A stretch of DNA of 32,000 nucleotides, taken from positions 30,001-62,000 of the forward strand of contig NJBF01000014.1 in NCBI GenBank assembly GCA_003144275.1. The letters run 5' to 3'. This document shows, piece after piece, positions 17,001-25,293 of the stretch. The DNA is from Candidatus Heimdallarchaeota archaeon B3_Heim (GTDB taxonomy: Archaea; Asgardarchaeota; Heimdallarchaeia; Hodarchaeales; Hodarchaeaceae). Made by a program: the position numbers and the translations under genes. The number at the start of each line of letters is the position of its first letter. The first letter of the stretch is position 1. The notes under the pieces were generated by a model, which saw only the letters and a program-made list of their open reading frames with translations, was not told where the DNA came from and made no database searches.

Positions 17001-17663
17001 TAATTGACTCCACCTTTCAGCATCTTCTTTTTCTTTTCGTAATAATTCAACACGTTTAGCAACTTCATTTACTAGAAGCTGTAATTCAGCCATTCTTTTA
17101 TTCGCTTCTTCTAGCTCTGAAAGGGCAGAATGCTTTTTTTTATCAAACTGTCCCACTCCTGCGAGATTTTCCATCATTTGTCGACGTTCGATCGGATTCA
17201 TTCCGACAATTTCACCGACTTGGCCTTGAGCTATTATATTATAGCTATTTACGACATCTATGCCTGCGATTCTTAGTTTATCTAAAATATCTGTTCGTGT
17301 TGTTCGTTTCCCATTCAGTCTGTATGTGCCTGATCCATTTGTTTTTAGTTCTCGGCTTACAATTACTTCTGATTCTTTAATAGGAATGGCATAATCACTA
17401 TTGTCAAAGACAATTTCAACAAATGCCTTTTCTGACTTTTTTTTGCCCCCGATTCCATTATAGATGAGGCCCACCATCTTATCTGCCCGCATACTTTTTT
17501 TGGAAAGAGCACCAAGACAGAAATTAACGGCATCAATCGAATTAGATTTTCCACTCCCGTTTGGCCCAACAATTACAGTAAATCCTTTGGCAAGGGGCAT
17601 TCGGACTGTACCAGGTCCATATGATTTCCAACCGGTCATCCTAATTTCTTTGATATGTACCAA
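14076..17663 (-). CDS. smc: chromosome segregation protein SMC (1195 aa)
   Basis: Walker A GPNGSGKSN, Q-loop IIAQGQV, hinge GX6GX3GG (GDIFYSNGIIFGG), signature MSGGEKAL, Walker B/D-loop FYILDEIDAALD, H-loop VISHR, two long coiled coils; TTG start. Confidence 0.98.
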   Translation of the reverse strand: MVHIKEIRMTGWKSYGPGTVRMPLAKGFTVIVGPNGSGKSNSIDAVNFCLGALSKKSMRADKMVGLIYNGIGGKKKSEKAFVEIVFDNSDYAIPIKESEVIVSRELKTNGSGTYRLNGKRTTRTDILDKLRIAGIDVVNSYNIIAQGQVGEIVGMNPIERRQMMENLAGVGQFDKKKHSALSELEEANKRMAELQLLVNEVAKRVELLRKEKEDAERWSQLDTDILNLKALLISYSYHNNNRALTEFDEDIATIRSSQENIVSERSQIDTNVEEVTEKIRTLEDSLIRVETSLKEIRSSAEEKNIEKTKVQEKTEYNKKTIKSNENRVKQLESRSEEIQKKILDDSQTKGELTGKKEELVERISQIQNDRTSLEEELELKNQEYDEIKAEFEDAERRQKIEGDRLTKTQVSFEVSQNMVNAFQNNVDEYQRRQSEAEALISSAGTKAKELKTQIEEESNQQTEASAKLEEIKTKKMDLERQIEETDSHVRELSDKQLVLKAKIETISSFVKSEAGKENPAVSYISGKKNEGTIKGILGEFQNLSEDGGNLPPEVGHLSDAIITDTIDASLQCINLLKEHSIGAANFIPLEKFKLKSTDDFSNIVKKIREQNQVVSTLAEAANLWKKQGSTLSTADGDIFYSNGIIFGGFHLLSAQASVDSLQIEMEQITTKLGEYKSNLSQAKENQKKLLGIEKVIISSIEKLEKSIQGATLQLSQQESEIKLYSENQQSIEGELDPLKQKLEERHIARDKQKQEMEHHEQNLEVIGEEAKNIEERLEAADTRPLLEKMNQIEQRLGKSQGQLSGIDSRINSIEAQKEERTARLSETKNENNTIKVETASLEGEIQVLVEQVEQFNSDLEKILENEETLLTEIKDYRSDLSTQKKYQGQLIKDKERLNEKIAKDEEKVTDIKLQRERIAVETEKLQSEALEAQIEIIPADAEELEKINESKIKSEINRKSDEKKRLEPVNMRALKEFQSENSRYMELLDRRDILIEERQVILDFIEEIETEKYSVFMKVYKSVNRHFGQIFNELSGGDARLILEKDPKKGEDIFEGGLFIEAHPAGKKIASLESMSGGEKALTALAFIFAVQTVDAQPFYILDEIDAALDPMNVRRVAKLLYKMSRSVGRDGAEEDGKKSRKSTTPAAQFLVISHRDILMAWADRLYGCTNVKGLSSVFSIQMSEDQQLERDQTF

Positions 17664-17902
17664 ATGTCGGGCCCCTATTAAGAGACTAAAAGAAGTGCAA
17701 TATTTGCAGATTGTTTACTTGAATTAAAGCCCTTCCTAATAAAACATCATTCTTTTCAAGGTCTTTGATTGAAATGTCTATTAAAAAGGTATTCAAATGA
17801 GTCATTAGTCGTTCTATGGATAACAGTAGAATCATTGAAATGAAAGTTATTTTTTAAAGGTTCTTTGAAAGAAAACAAACGTAAAAAGTTCATAACAACT
17901 GG

Positions 17903-17922
17903 ATACTTTTATATAAAAGTAT
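17903..17922. promoter_or_regulatory. perfect 20-bp palindrome centred on TATATA
   Basis: ATACTTTTATATAAAAGTAT is its own reverse complement; it lies in the intergenic gap upstream of smc. Confidence 0.55.
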
Positions 17923-17977
17923 ATACAGATATCCAGAATTAACTTGGGAGAAATATGACGATAATCCCATCCGTTTC

Positions 17978-18547
17978 TCAAAATTTCCAAGCTTTTCCCT
18001 TTTTCTCCCTCTCTACAAGTAAAATACCTAGATGAGAAAAGGGTGAACTAAGTCCCTCTCCAGATTTAGCTGAACAAAAATAATATCCAGATAATCCATA
18101 ATCTTTAACGAAATTCTCCGCTGCCTCAGATATCAATTTTCTTTTATCGTCCTCTACTGTATCTATCTTATTTCCCAACAGAATTATCGGGAGGTCAGGA
18201 TTATTGTGCTCTTTCATCATTTTAAGCCATTCAGGGATTTCTGAAAGAGTTTGAATCCGTGAAGTGTCAAATGCGACAATACCACCTGAGGATCCTTGAC
18301 AGTAACCAGGAAAAAGTGATTTAAAGCGATTTTCTCCCGCATAATCCCAATAGGCTATTCTGAGTATTGTCTCGCCTACTTCATGATCTAAAACCAGAAA
18401 GTTCACTCCAACAGTACTTATTGCAGGAATATAACTATTTGTTTCAAGACGTTTGAGTAAGGTAGTTTTTCCCACACCGCCAGGACCTGCCACTACAACT
18501 TTAACAGTTAAAACATCTGGGGTAAATTGAAACTTACTACTGGCCAT
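17978..18547 (-). CDS. Ras-superfamily small GTPase (Rab/Roc-like), G3 = DYAGE
   Basis: G1 GPGGVGKTT, G2 STVGVNF, G3 WDYAGENRF, G4 NKID, G5 SAK. Confidence 0.92.
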   Translation of the reverse strand: MASSKFQFTPDVLTVKVVVAGPGGVGKTTLLKRLETNSYIPAISTVGVNFLVLDHEVGETILRIAYWDYAGENRFKSLFPGYCQGSSGGIVAFDTSRIQTLSEIPEWLKMMKEHNNPDLPIILLGNKIDTVEDDKRKLISEAAENFVKDYGLSGYYFCSAKSGEGLSSPFSHLGILLVEREKKGKAWKF

Positions 18548-18571
18548 AAGTCATTCATTTCCAAGTAATGA

Positions 18572-19096
18572 TTACTCTTTGTTTTTCTGTTTCTCTAGAA
18601 TTCGAGTCACAAGTCTATGAAGGAGCTCTTGGGTGTTTTTTCCTGTGATTGCACTGGTTGTAAAATATTCATCAATATTGTGCTGATTTCTGAATTCATT
18701 AATCTCAACAGGTGAAATAGACAAACCAAGGTCGGCTTTTGTAGAGACTAGGAAATTTGTACTCTCTGTTTCCCTACCATATACCTGTATCCATTCATGG
18801 AGGGCATTAAAAGTTTGTTCTCGTGAGGGGTCAAATGCAAGTATTAGTCCGTCGCAATCAGAGGAGTATTGTGGAAAAATCGTCTGAAAACGCGGCTCTC
18901 CACCGAAATCAAATAGATGAACGTCGATAATATCACCATTATCCAATGAAATACTTTTAACTGTAAAATCAAATCCTACAGTGGAGTAGAGGTCTTTTAA
19001 AGGGAATTTTTCATGCATAAATCGATGTACAAGTGATGATTTTCCCACGCGTTTTTCTCCTGCGATTACCACTTTAACTGATTTATTCTGTGACAC
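18572..19096 (-). CDS. Ras-superfamily small GTPase (Rab/Roc-like), G3 = DFGGE
   Basis: G1 GEKRVGKSS, G2 STVGFDF, G3 FDFGGEPRF, G4 TKAD, G5 SAI; GTG start. Confidence 0.9.
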   Translation of the reverse strand: MSQNKSVKVVIAGEKRVGKSSLVHRFMHEKFPLKDLYSTVGFDFTVKSISLDNGDIIDVHLFDFGGEPRFQTIFPQYSSDCDGLILAFDPSREQTFNALHEWIQVYGRETESTNFLVSTKADLGLSISPVEINEFRNQHNIDEYFTTSAITGKNTQELLHRLVTRILEKQKNKE

Positions 19097-19265
19097 CCAG
19101 TATTCCCATTCCGAAGATAAACTCTTTTTAGTTTAGTATCGAGGTTTGAGTTAATTATCTGCAATTAATCTAATTGGCAAAGTTTCATTTAAATCTTCTT
19201 AATTGGCCTTTTTCAAATAACCATTCATTTTGCGAGACGAGTTTTCCTTTATACTTTAGATCTAA

Positions 19266-20435
19266 TCAGGGCGTATCATCTGGATTTAGATTATCGGAGT
19301 TTTCTTGGTTTTTATTTTCAACGATTGAAGATAATTCAGTTGGTAAATGGATTTCTGCTGTCTTTATGAGCATAGAAAGTTCTTCAGCATGCAAAGCTAC
19401 AGTTGAGAGTAAGGAAAAGACCGCTTCATACTTTTCATTAACTTTTCGATCAATTACAGCCTGAATTTCACTTTGGATTCGTTCCAGTTCTTCTTTATTT
19501 GTTTGCATACTCTGAGATTGAGATTCAATTATTGTTTCGTATTCTTTCATCGAATTTTGCAGGTTTTGGGTAATCTCTTCTCTTGAACGTGATGTCTGGG
19601 TTTGAATTTCTTCAGAGAAGCTAGCAAAAGCCTGTTGAAGATCATCGCCTACTTTTTTTCTTGTATAGTGTTCCGATACTTCATTCAGAATTTGAATATC
19701 GGATTCTTTGAGATTTTGTGTCGTGAGGGTAATTTCAGTCCTAATATTTTCATTAAAACTCTCTAACATTCGGGAAAAATTTTCAAAATGAGATTGCTGG
19801 TCCTTTTTTGATAATGAAATAATTTCCTGGAGTTTTTCTTTAAAGCTTAAGAGACTCTCCCTCACATTACTAAACGCCTCTGTATGAATTTGAGTAATAT
19901 TATTTAATGATTTGACACTAGCTTCTAGTGTAGTTGTAGTTTTTGTAACCTCTTCGAATTTTGTTCGTACTAGCTCTCCCAAAGCAGAAACAGATGATTG
20001 TAAATTAGATTCACTCTTTTCAAGATGCCCTGAAATTTCCGAAAACCCCTCCTTTACTTCAGCTGTAAGATTGCCTAATTTCTCTTCCTGTTCTTGCAGA
20101 GAATTATTTAAGTTCTCATGGTCTTGTTTCTGTGAAGATATTTCGGCTTTGAAATTATTTTCTTGTGTTTCCATTGCCACGGTAAGAGTCTGTATTTCAG
20201 AGGAAATTTCTTCCTGCACATGCTTTATCTCTGAATTAAAATTATCATTAAAATCCCTCATTTTTTTACCAAGTTCTATATCAAGATCCTGAGATTTTGA
20301 TTCCCAATTGTTTATTTTAGACTTTAATTCTTCAATTGTTGCAGAATTCTTTTGTAAATAAGTTGTTAACTCTAAAATCCTTTCGGCTAATTCTAGTTCT
20401 TCAGGATTTGAATCTATTTTCTCTTCTTCAGCCAA
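19266..20435 (-). CDS. long coiled-coil/helical protein (~390 aa)
   Basis: E/S/Q/L-rich and proline-free over ~350 residues. TTG at 20435 with upstream GGAG is the likely start (track start 20459) and overlaps the upstream gene's stop. Confidence 0.8.
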   Translation of the reverse strand: MAEEEKIDSNPEELELAERILELTTYLQKNSATIEELKSKINNWESKSQDLDIELGKKMRDFNDNFNSEIKHVQEEISSEIQTLTVAMETQENNFKAEISSQKQDHENLNNSLQEQEEKLGNLTAEVKEGFSEISGHLEKSESNLQSSVSALGELVRTKFEEVTKTTTTLEASVKSLNNITQIHTEAFSNVRESLLSFKEKLQEIISLSKKDQQSHFENFSRMLESFNENIRTEITLTTQNLKESDIQILNEVSEHYTRKKVGDDLQQAFASFSEEIQTQTSRSREEITQNLQNSMKEYETIIESQSQSMQTNKEELERIQSEIQAVIDRKVNEKYEAVFSLLSTVALHAEELSMLIKTAEIHLPTELSSIVENKNQENSDNLNPDDTP

Positions 20436-20853
20436 TCTCAGTCTTCTCCTTAAAATCATTTATTGAATCTTCAAAGGATATTCTAATATCTTCAAGGCGG
20501 TTAAATAATCGTGTTTCAATACTTTCTTGTAGGATGAAATCGTTAATTTGGACTTTTTCACGAATCACTGGAGCAAAACGTTTCCAATGTGATTGAATTT
20601 CAGTTATATTTTTTAAATTTGAGACAATAAGAACTTTCAATTCTTCACTTAACATATTTACTAGGAGTCCATACTTTTCACTACCAACTTGAATCTCTAA
20701 GAACCCCTCTTCAAGTGTAGGAATTCTTTTAATCGCCAGATAAAAATTTGGGTTTTCTTGAACCACAGGGAATAGCTCTCGAGGCGTTTGGATGAATATA
20801 CCGGCAACAGAAAACCCTATAGCGAATTTGTCAAGTAGCTCTCTTAGACTCAT
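20428..20853 (-). CDS. hypothetical protein with a Roadblock/LC7- or longin-like pattern plus a C-terminal helix
   Basis: Apparent order: helix LRELLDKF, strand VAGIFIQT, strand, helix FYLAIKRI, strands FLEIQVG, KYGLLVNML, LKVLIVSN, helix EIQSHWKRFAPVIREKV. ATG 20853 is preceded by GTGAT. The fold call is by eye only. Confidence 0.5.
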   Translation of the reverse strand: MSLRELLDKFAIGFSVAGIFIQTPRELFPVVQENPNFYLAIKRIPTLEEGFLEIQVGSEKYGLLVNMLSEELKVLIVSNLKNITEIQSHWKRFAPVIREKVQINDFILQESIETRLFNRLEDIRISFEDSINDFKEKTEIG

Positions 20854-20969
20854 TAGAATCACAAGTATAGATATTGATTATTAGACTCAGTATGATGAAG
20901 ACTATTAAAATAATCGATATTCAAGAAAAGTAAAAAGCTCATAAAACTACGATTTTAACAGTGATCCTC

Positions 20970-21677
20970 ATGAGTAGCCCAAACCCCGGAAGCGAAACAA
21001 CAGTTATTATCCCAACTTTAAACGAGGAGAAAAATATAGAAAATATGATTACTCAACTACTTAGTTATTATCCAGGTATTTCTGTTATAGTTGCTGATGA
21101 TGGATCTAAGGATGAAACAGGAACAATAGTTTCCGATTTTCATGCAAAGAATGAACTAATACGATTTCTTGATCGGAAGGATGAAGAGATTAAGGGATTA
21201 ACAATCTCACTAATTGATGCTTTGGAAATTACGCAGACACGATATTTTGTTGTAATCGATTCTGATTTTCAACACCCTCCCGAAAAAATTGGTGAAGGGA
21301 TAAAACTTTTTGATACGGGTAGTCAGTTAATAATTGGTACACGTACGAGTGTTGAAGGCTGGGGCCTTAAAAGGAAAATTATTTCGTGGGGAGCAACAAC
21401 ATTGGGAAAAATTAGCTTATTCTTACGGAGACGACCGAGGCCTAAAGATATAATGAGTGGTTTTTTCGGAGGTCAGACGGAATATTTTAATACAATTATC
21501 CGTAATCATCCAAAAACCATTTCTCCACGTGGTTATAAACTTCTATTTGATATTTTAAAGGTTTTACCAAGAGATACTCAAATTGGAGAATTCTATTATG
21601 AATTTCAAACACGACAAGCAGGGGAATCAAAAATAGGTCTAAAACATATACTTGTTTATTTTCGTTCTCTTTTTTGA
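20970..21677 (+). CDS. GT2 glycosyltransferase, polyprenol-phosphate mannose synthase (DPM1)-like
   Basis: VIIPTLNEEKNI, IVADDGSKDET, VVIDSDFQHPPE (DxD), IGTR, DIMSGFF, GYKLLFDIL, RQAGESK. Confidence 0.88.
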   Translation: MSSPNPGSETTVIIPTLNEEKNIENMITQLLSYYPGISVIVADDGSKDETGTIVSDFHAKNELIRFLDRKDEEIKGLTISLIDALEITQTRYFVVIDSDFQHPPEKIGEGIKLFDTGSQLIIGTRTSVEGWGLKRKIISWGATTLGKISLFLRRRPRPKDIMSGFFGGQTEYFNTIIRNHPKTISPRGYKLLFDILKVLPRDTQIGEFYYEFQTRQAGESKIGLKHILVYFRSLF

Positions 21678-21700
21678 GAAGAAAATATCGCTTTAGAAAT

Positions 21701-22324
21701 TCAGGTTTGTCGTTGTTCTGTAACTGTGCGTTGGGGAGCTGCTTTCAATCGACTTGTAGTTCTACTAGTTTTCCGTTGATTTTCAACAAATCTCATGACA
21801 TTCGTTCCGAGAAGGCCAAAAGCATTCTGAATATTGATGCCTGTTTTTGCTGATGTCTCTATATAATGACATTCGAATCCTTCTCCTTTTGTGAGGTTCG
21901 ATAGACGATTGGTAAATACTCGGCCTTGTTCTGGAGAAACCGTATCGTCAGATAATTCTCTCATATCAATCTTGTTAGCTACCACCACTATAGGCACACG
22001 TCCTCTCCCATTATTCGCCCAAAGCTCATTAATCCATTTTGGTGTGTTAAAATAAGAATCAGGACGGGTTACATCATAAACCAAGAGGGCACCGACACAT
22101 CCTTTGTAATATACTTCTCTAACGGCATCAAACCGTTGTTGTCCAGCTAAATCCCAGATTTGATAGCGGATATCCGATCCATTAACCATATCGTCTCTCA
22201 TAGCGAAATCCGCACCGATAGTCAGGAGATATTGTGATTTGAAACCTTTACCTAAGTACCGCTCGCGAATAGCTGTTTTTCCTACCCCTCCATCTCCAAT
22301 AAGTACAATTTTTAAAACGGTCAC
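21701..22324 (-). CDS. Rab-like small GTPase with a basic C-terminal tail
   Basis: G1 GDGGVGKT, TIGADF, YQIWDLAGQQRF, YYKGC, LVYDVT, NKID, ETSAK. Confidence 0.95.
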   Translation of the reverse strand: MTVLKIVLIGDGGVGKTAIRERYLGKGFKSQYLLTIGADFAMRDDMVNGSDIRYQIWDLAGQQRFDAVREVYYKGCVGALLVYDVTRPDSYFNTPKWINELWANNGRGRVPIVVVANKIDMRELSDDTVSPEQGRVFTNRLSNLTKGEGFECHYIETSAKTGINIQNAFGLLGTNVMRFVENQRKTSRTTSRLKAAPQRTVTEQRQT

Positions 22325-22605
22325 TCGTCACTCTTCCAACTATCAATGGATAAAACTAAGAATAAAACTTATTATGTCTTTCTAGTAATATTCTCCGAAT
22401 ATCCTGTGAATCAGTATTGTTAATTTCACTCTTAAGCGTTCTCTCATTAATTTGACGACGTAAGTACGCACATTTATTGACAGTATTTGAATTTTTAGAT
22501 TTGATTAATGGAACTTTCAAAAGATTTTTTTAAGAAATGGGGTTACTTAAGCAGACATTAATGGAAAAGAGATTTCACTCAACTAAAAAATAGTGGGTTA
22601 GTATT

Positions 22606-23592
22606 ATGGGCAATGTATTGTTGTTGAATAGAAAACAGGTAGAAACTGTTTTGGATATGAAAGATACAATTAAAGCAATGAAAACTGCATTTGGTCAGCT
22701 TTCAGATGGGACTGCAATCCTTCCACAACGGATTGTAATATCGAGTAAGAAAGGTTTGAGCCTCTATATGCCTGCTTACCTTCCACAATCAAAATCACTT
22801 GCGGTTAAAGTGGTTACTGTCTTTAAAGACAATCCAAAATCGTATGATCTTCCTACGACACTGGGAAAAGTACTTTTACAAGATATTGAAACAGGTGATG
22901 TTATTTGTATCATGGATGGAGGTTTTTTAACAGCCATGCGGACAGGGGCCGTTTCTGGATGTGCTATTGACTATTTAGCGAAAAAAGAAGCTGAAACAGT
23001 GGGATTATTCGGTACAGGTGTACAGGGTATGACCCAGCTGTGGGCCGCTTGTGTAGCAAGACCATCTATTAGTAAAGGCAAAGTGTTTGATGTTCGTAAC
23101 GACATTGCTGAAGATTTTGCCCAACAAATGACTGAGAAGCTGAAGATTCCAATAGAAGTCGCTAATTCAGCAGAAGATATCATTAAAAGTTCTGAGATTG
23201 TATTAACTGCGACTACATCTGCCGCACCGATTTTTCATGGGAAATGGATCCAACCAGGTACCCATATATCAGGGATCGGGTCGCATAGTCCCGGTACACG
23301 TGAATTAGATAGTGAAACAATAGTTCGTTCCAAAGTTGTATGCGACCAAGTCAGTGCATGCCTCGCAGAAGCAGGAGACATTATTATACCTATTACTGAA
23401 GGTATAATCACTAAAGAGCATATCTATGGAGAATTAGGTGAGATAATTATGGGAAAAAAGGCAGGTAGGGAAGATAATCAAGAAATTACATTGTTTAAAT
23501 CCGTAGGTTTAGCGGTTCAGGATGCAGCTACCGCAAAATTAGTATTTGATAAGGCTAAAGCTGACAATATTGGGAAAACGGTCGATATTTAG
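22606..23592 (+). CDS. ornithine cyclodeaminase/mu-crystallin family protein (could be archaeal alanine dehydrogenase or an imine reductase)
   Basis: LYMPAYL, AVKVVTVFKDNP, LTAMRTGAVS, GLFGTGVQG, GIGSHSPGTRELD, LFKSVGLAVQD. Confidence 0.92.
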   Translation: MGNVLLLNRKQVETVLDMKDTIKAMKTAFGQLSDGTAILPQRIVISSKKGLSLYMPAYLPQSKSLAVKVVTVFKDNPKSYDLPTTLGKVLLQDIETGDVICIMDGGFLTAMRTGAVSGCAIDYLAKKEAETVGLFGTGVQGMTQLWAACVARPSISKGKVFDVRNDIAEDFAQQMTEKLKIPIEVANSAEDIIKSSEIVLTATTSAAPIFHGKWIQPGTHISGIGSHSPGTRELDSETIVRSKVVCDQVSACLAEAGDIIIPITEGIITKEHIYGELGEIIMGKKAGREDNQEITLFKSVGLAVQDAATAKLVFDKAKADNIGKTVDI

Positions 23593-23632
23593 TTTTTATA
23601 TTGTAAAAAATGACCGTAAAAGCTTATATCAC

Positions 23633-23642
23633 CTTTTTTTTT
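23633..23642 (+). terminator. poly-T tract downstream of the OCD-family gene
   Basis: T-run about 40 nt after the 23592 stop in a convergent intergenic gap; a second T-run follows at about 23672-23680. Confidence 0.4.
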
Positions 23643-23680
23643 AGAATACGAGTTAATAATTCTTATTCTCATTTTTTTTT

Positions 23681-25093
23681 CTAGACTAACATTTCGAAGA
23701 ACCACACAAGATCCAATAATAAAGAATAACTGATTGTAATTCCTTCTTTTGACCTTGTTCCGAGGATAGAATATTCGATACCTTTCTCAGAGCCCTTCAC
23801 TTTAACATTTAAGTTTCCAGCCTCACTGATTTGATTTGCAACAACAGTTCGGTGTTTAATTTGGTCTTGGATATATTGAGTTCCAGTTATCTCAATATTT
23901 TTCCATGGATTATCCCAAGAAGGTGGTCGTGAATTGTGGGGATTGTCTATTTGGAGAGAGAATTGATGCTTGGGAATTTGTATAGAATTTCCCTTAAGAA
24001 GTGCTTGATCAGATGAAGGAAATGTCACACGAAGGAGGGGCAATTGCGATGAGAAAGTCTCAATTTCAACTGTGTTCTCCTCATAATTGATATTTTTGGC
24101 TTGATACCGAATTGAGGTAAACAATGGGATTAAAAGATTGGATTCCGTTGTTTTTTGGACAATATACTTCGCATTCTGCGGACTTATTGATCCAAGTTGA
24201 TCAGTACTTACTTCCATTTTCGGGGGGGAAGCACTTTCCATTTTTTCCTGGTGAATTTTTTTTTCTTCCAGTTTTTTCAAATCTCTCTCTGGATGAAGCT
24301 TGATTTTTGGAAGTCTAGTAAGTTTATACAAAGCCTCCTCTGCTTGATATTTACTCGTATATGTGTCTTTCAAAGTATGAGTTACAGGGCTACTTGCAGG
24401 GGACCAAGATACTGTGAAGTCTCTTGAATCTCCCTGTGTTTCATCTGATTTTAGTAGATACCCTTTTTGATTCAGTAGACCCACAGAGGCCAAAGCCATA
24501 TTGTAAGCGTTTAGGAAGCTGTTCGGAGTCATAGATTCCATTCTAATTTGAATGACAGTTGTGCCATCTTGATACCAATAGAGGCTATATGCTTCAATAT
24601 CGTAGTTTCGCCGAAGCATCTCTCCCAATTCTGTTTCTAGAAACAAATTACGAACAAATACTGAATTCTCAGCACTTATTTTAAAACGCTGGTCAAAAAG
24701 AGGAACTCCCAACTTGACTCTAGTTTTAGGATCATTCCAGGTGATTTGGGGAGATACTAAAAGATTTAACCTATCATTACTTGACTGGCGAAATTTAGCC
24801 CTATCAATAACACCTCGCAAAATTAAATCGCGGTCTGTTACCCCTTCTTGTTTATTTGTTATAACCTTAATCTCAAGAGACTTGAAGGGACCTGCTTTGT
24901 GTGACTCTATAATTGGATCAGAAGATAATCCACCATAATCAATAATTTTAGTATCTGGATAACGACGGACAAGGTAATAGAATACATCCTTCGCGAAGGT
25001 ATTCTCATCCTTTATATTTTGGGAGTATAAGGCGTAAATGATGAAGTAAAGAAAAATGAGAACAATTCCTATTATGAATACAGATTCTAGCAT
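23681..25093 (-). CDS. hypothetical single-pass membrane protein (470 aa)
   Basis: N-terminal hydrophobic helix VFIIGIVLIFLYFIIYALY followed by two globular-looking regions separated by a polar linker. Confidence 0.8.
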   Translation of the reverse strand: MLESVFIIGIVLIFLYFIIYALYSQNIKDENTFAKDVFYYLVRRYPDTKIIDYGGLSSDPIIESHKAGPFKSLEIKVITNKQEGVTDRDLILRGVIDRAKFRQSSNDRLNLLVSPQITWNDPKTRVKLGVPLFDQRFKISAENSVFVRNLFLETELGEMLRRNYDIEAYSLYWYQDGTTVIQIRMESMTPNSFLNAYNMALASVGLLNQKGYLLKSDETQGDSRDFTVSWSPASSPVTHTLKDTYTSKYQAEEALYKLTRLPKIKLHPERDLKKLEEKKIHQEKMESASPPKMEVSTDQLGSISPQNAKYIVQKTTESNLLIPLFTSIRYQAKNINYEENTVEIETFSSQLPLLRVTFPSSDQALLKGNSIQIPKHQFSLQIDNPHNSRPPSWDNPWKNIEITGTQYIQDQIKHRTVVANQISEAGNLNVKVKGSEKGIEYSILGTRSKEGITISYSLLLDLVWFFEMLV

Positions 25094-25293
25094 AGTACAT
25101 TCTCCAAAAAATTAGTTTAACAAATGTATAAGTGAAATATTCCTGTACAGAAACCATGATTTCATTTTCAACATTAAGTGTCGCAAACCATCATTATTAA
25201 TTTAATATTATTCTAGCGGAACTTGTATTATTCTAAAGGAGAATATTCAATCACTTTGTTACATCTTGCTTAAACAATGTAGAGTTGCTAAAA

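Noticed and set aside
8473-17663. Interpretation as a Wadjet/MksBEFG plasmid-defence system
   Set aside because: SMC is canonical Smc-type with ScpA/ScpB partners, and no JetD/MksG Toprim nuclease is present in the cluster.
14755-17727. Several short ORFs inside or antisense to smc
   Set aside because: Shadow frames of the E/K-rich coiled coil; no independent coding signal.
19174-20596. Plus-strand ORFs 19174-19464, 19912-20292 and 20336-20596
   Set aside because: Antisense shadows of the coiled-coil gene.
7942-22324. C-terminal prenylation signals on the four GTPases
   Set aside because: None ends in CC, CxC or CaaX.
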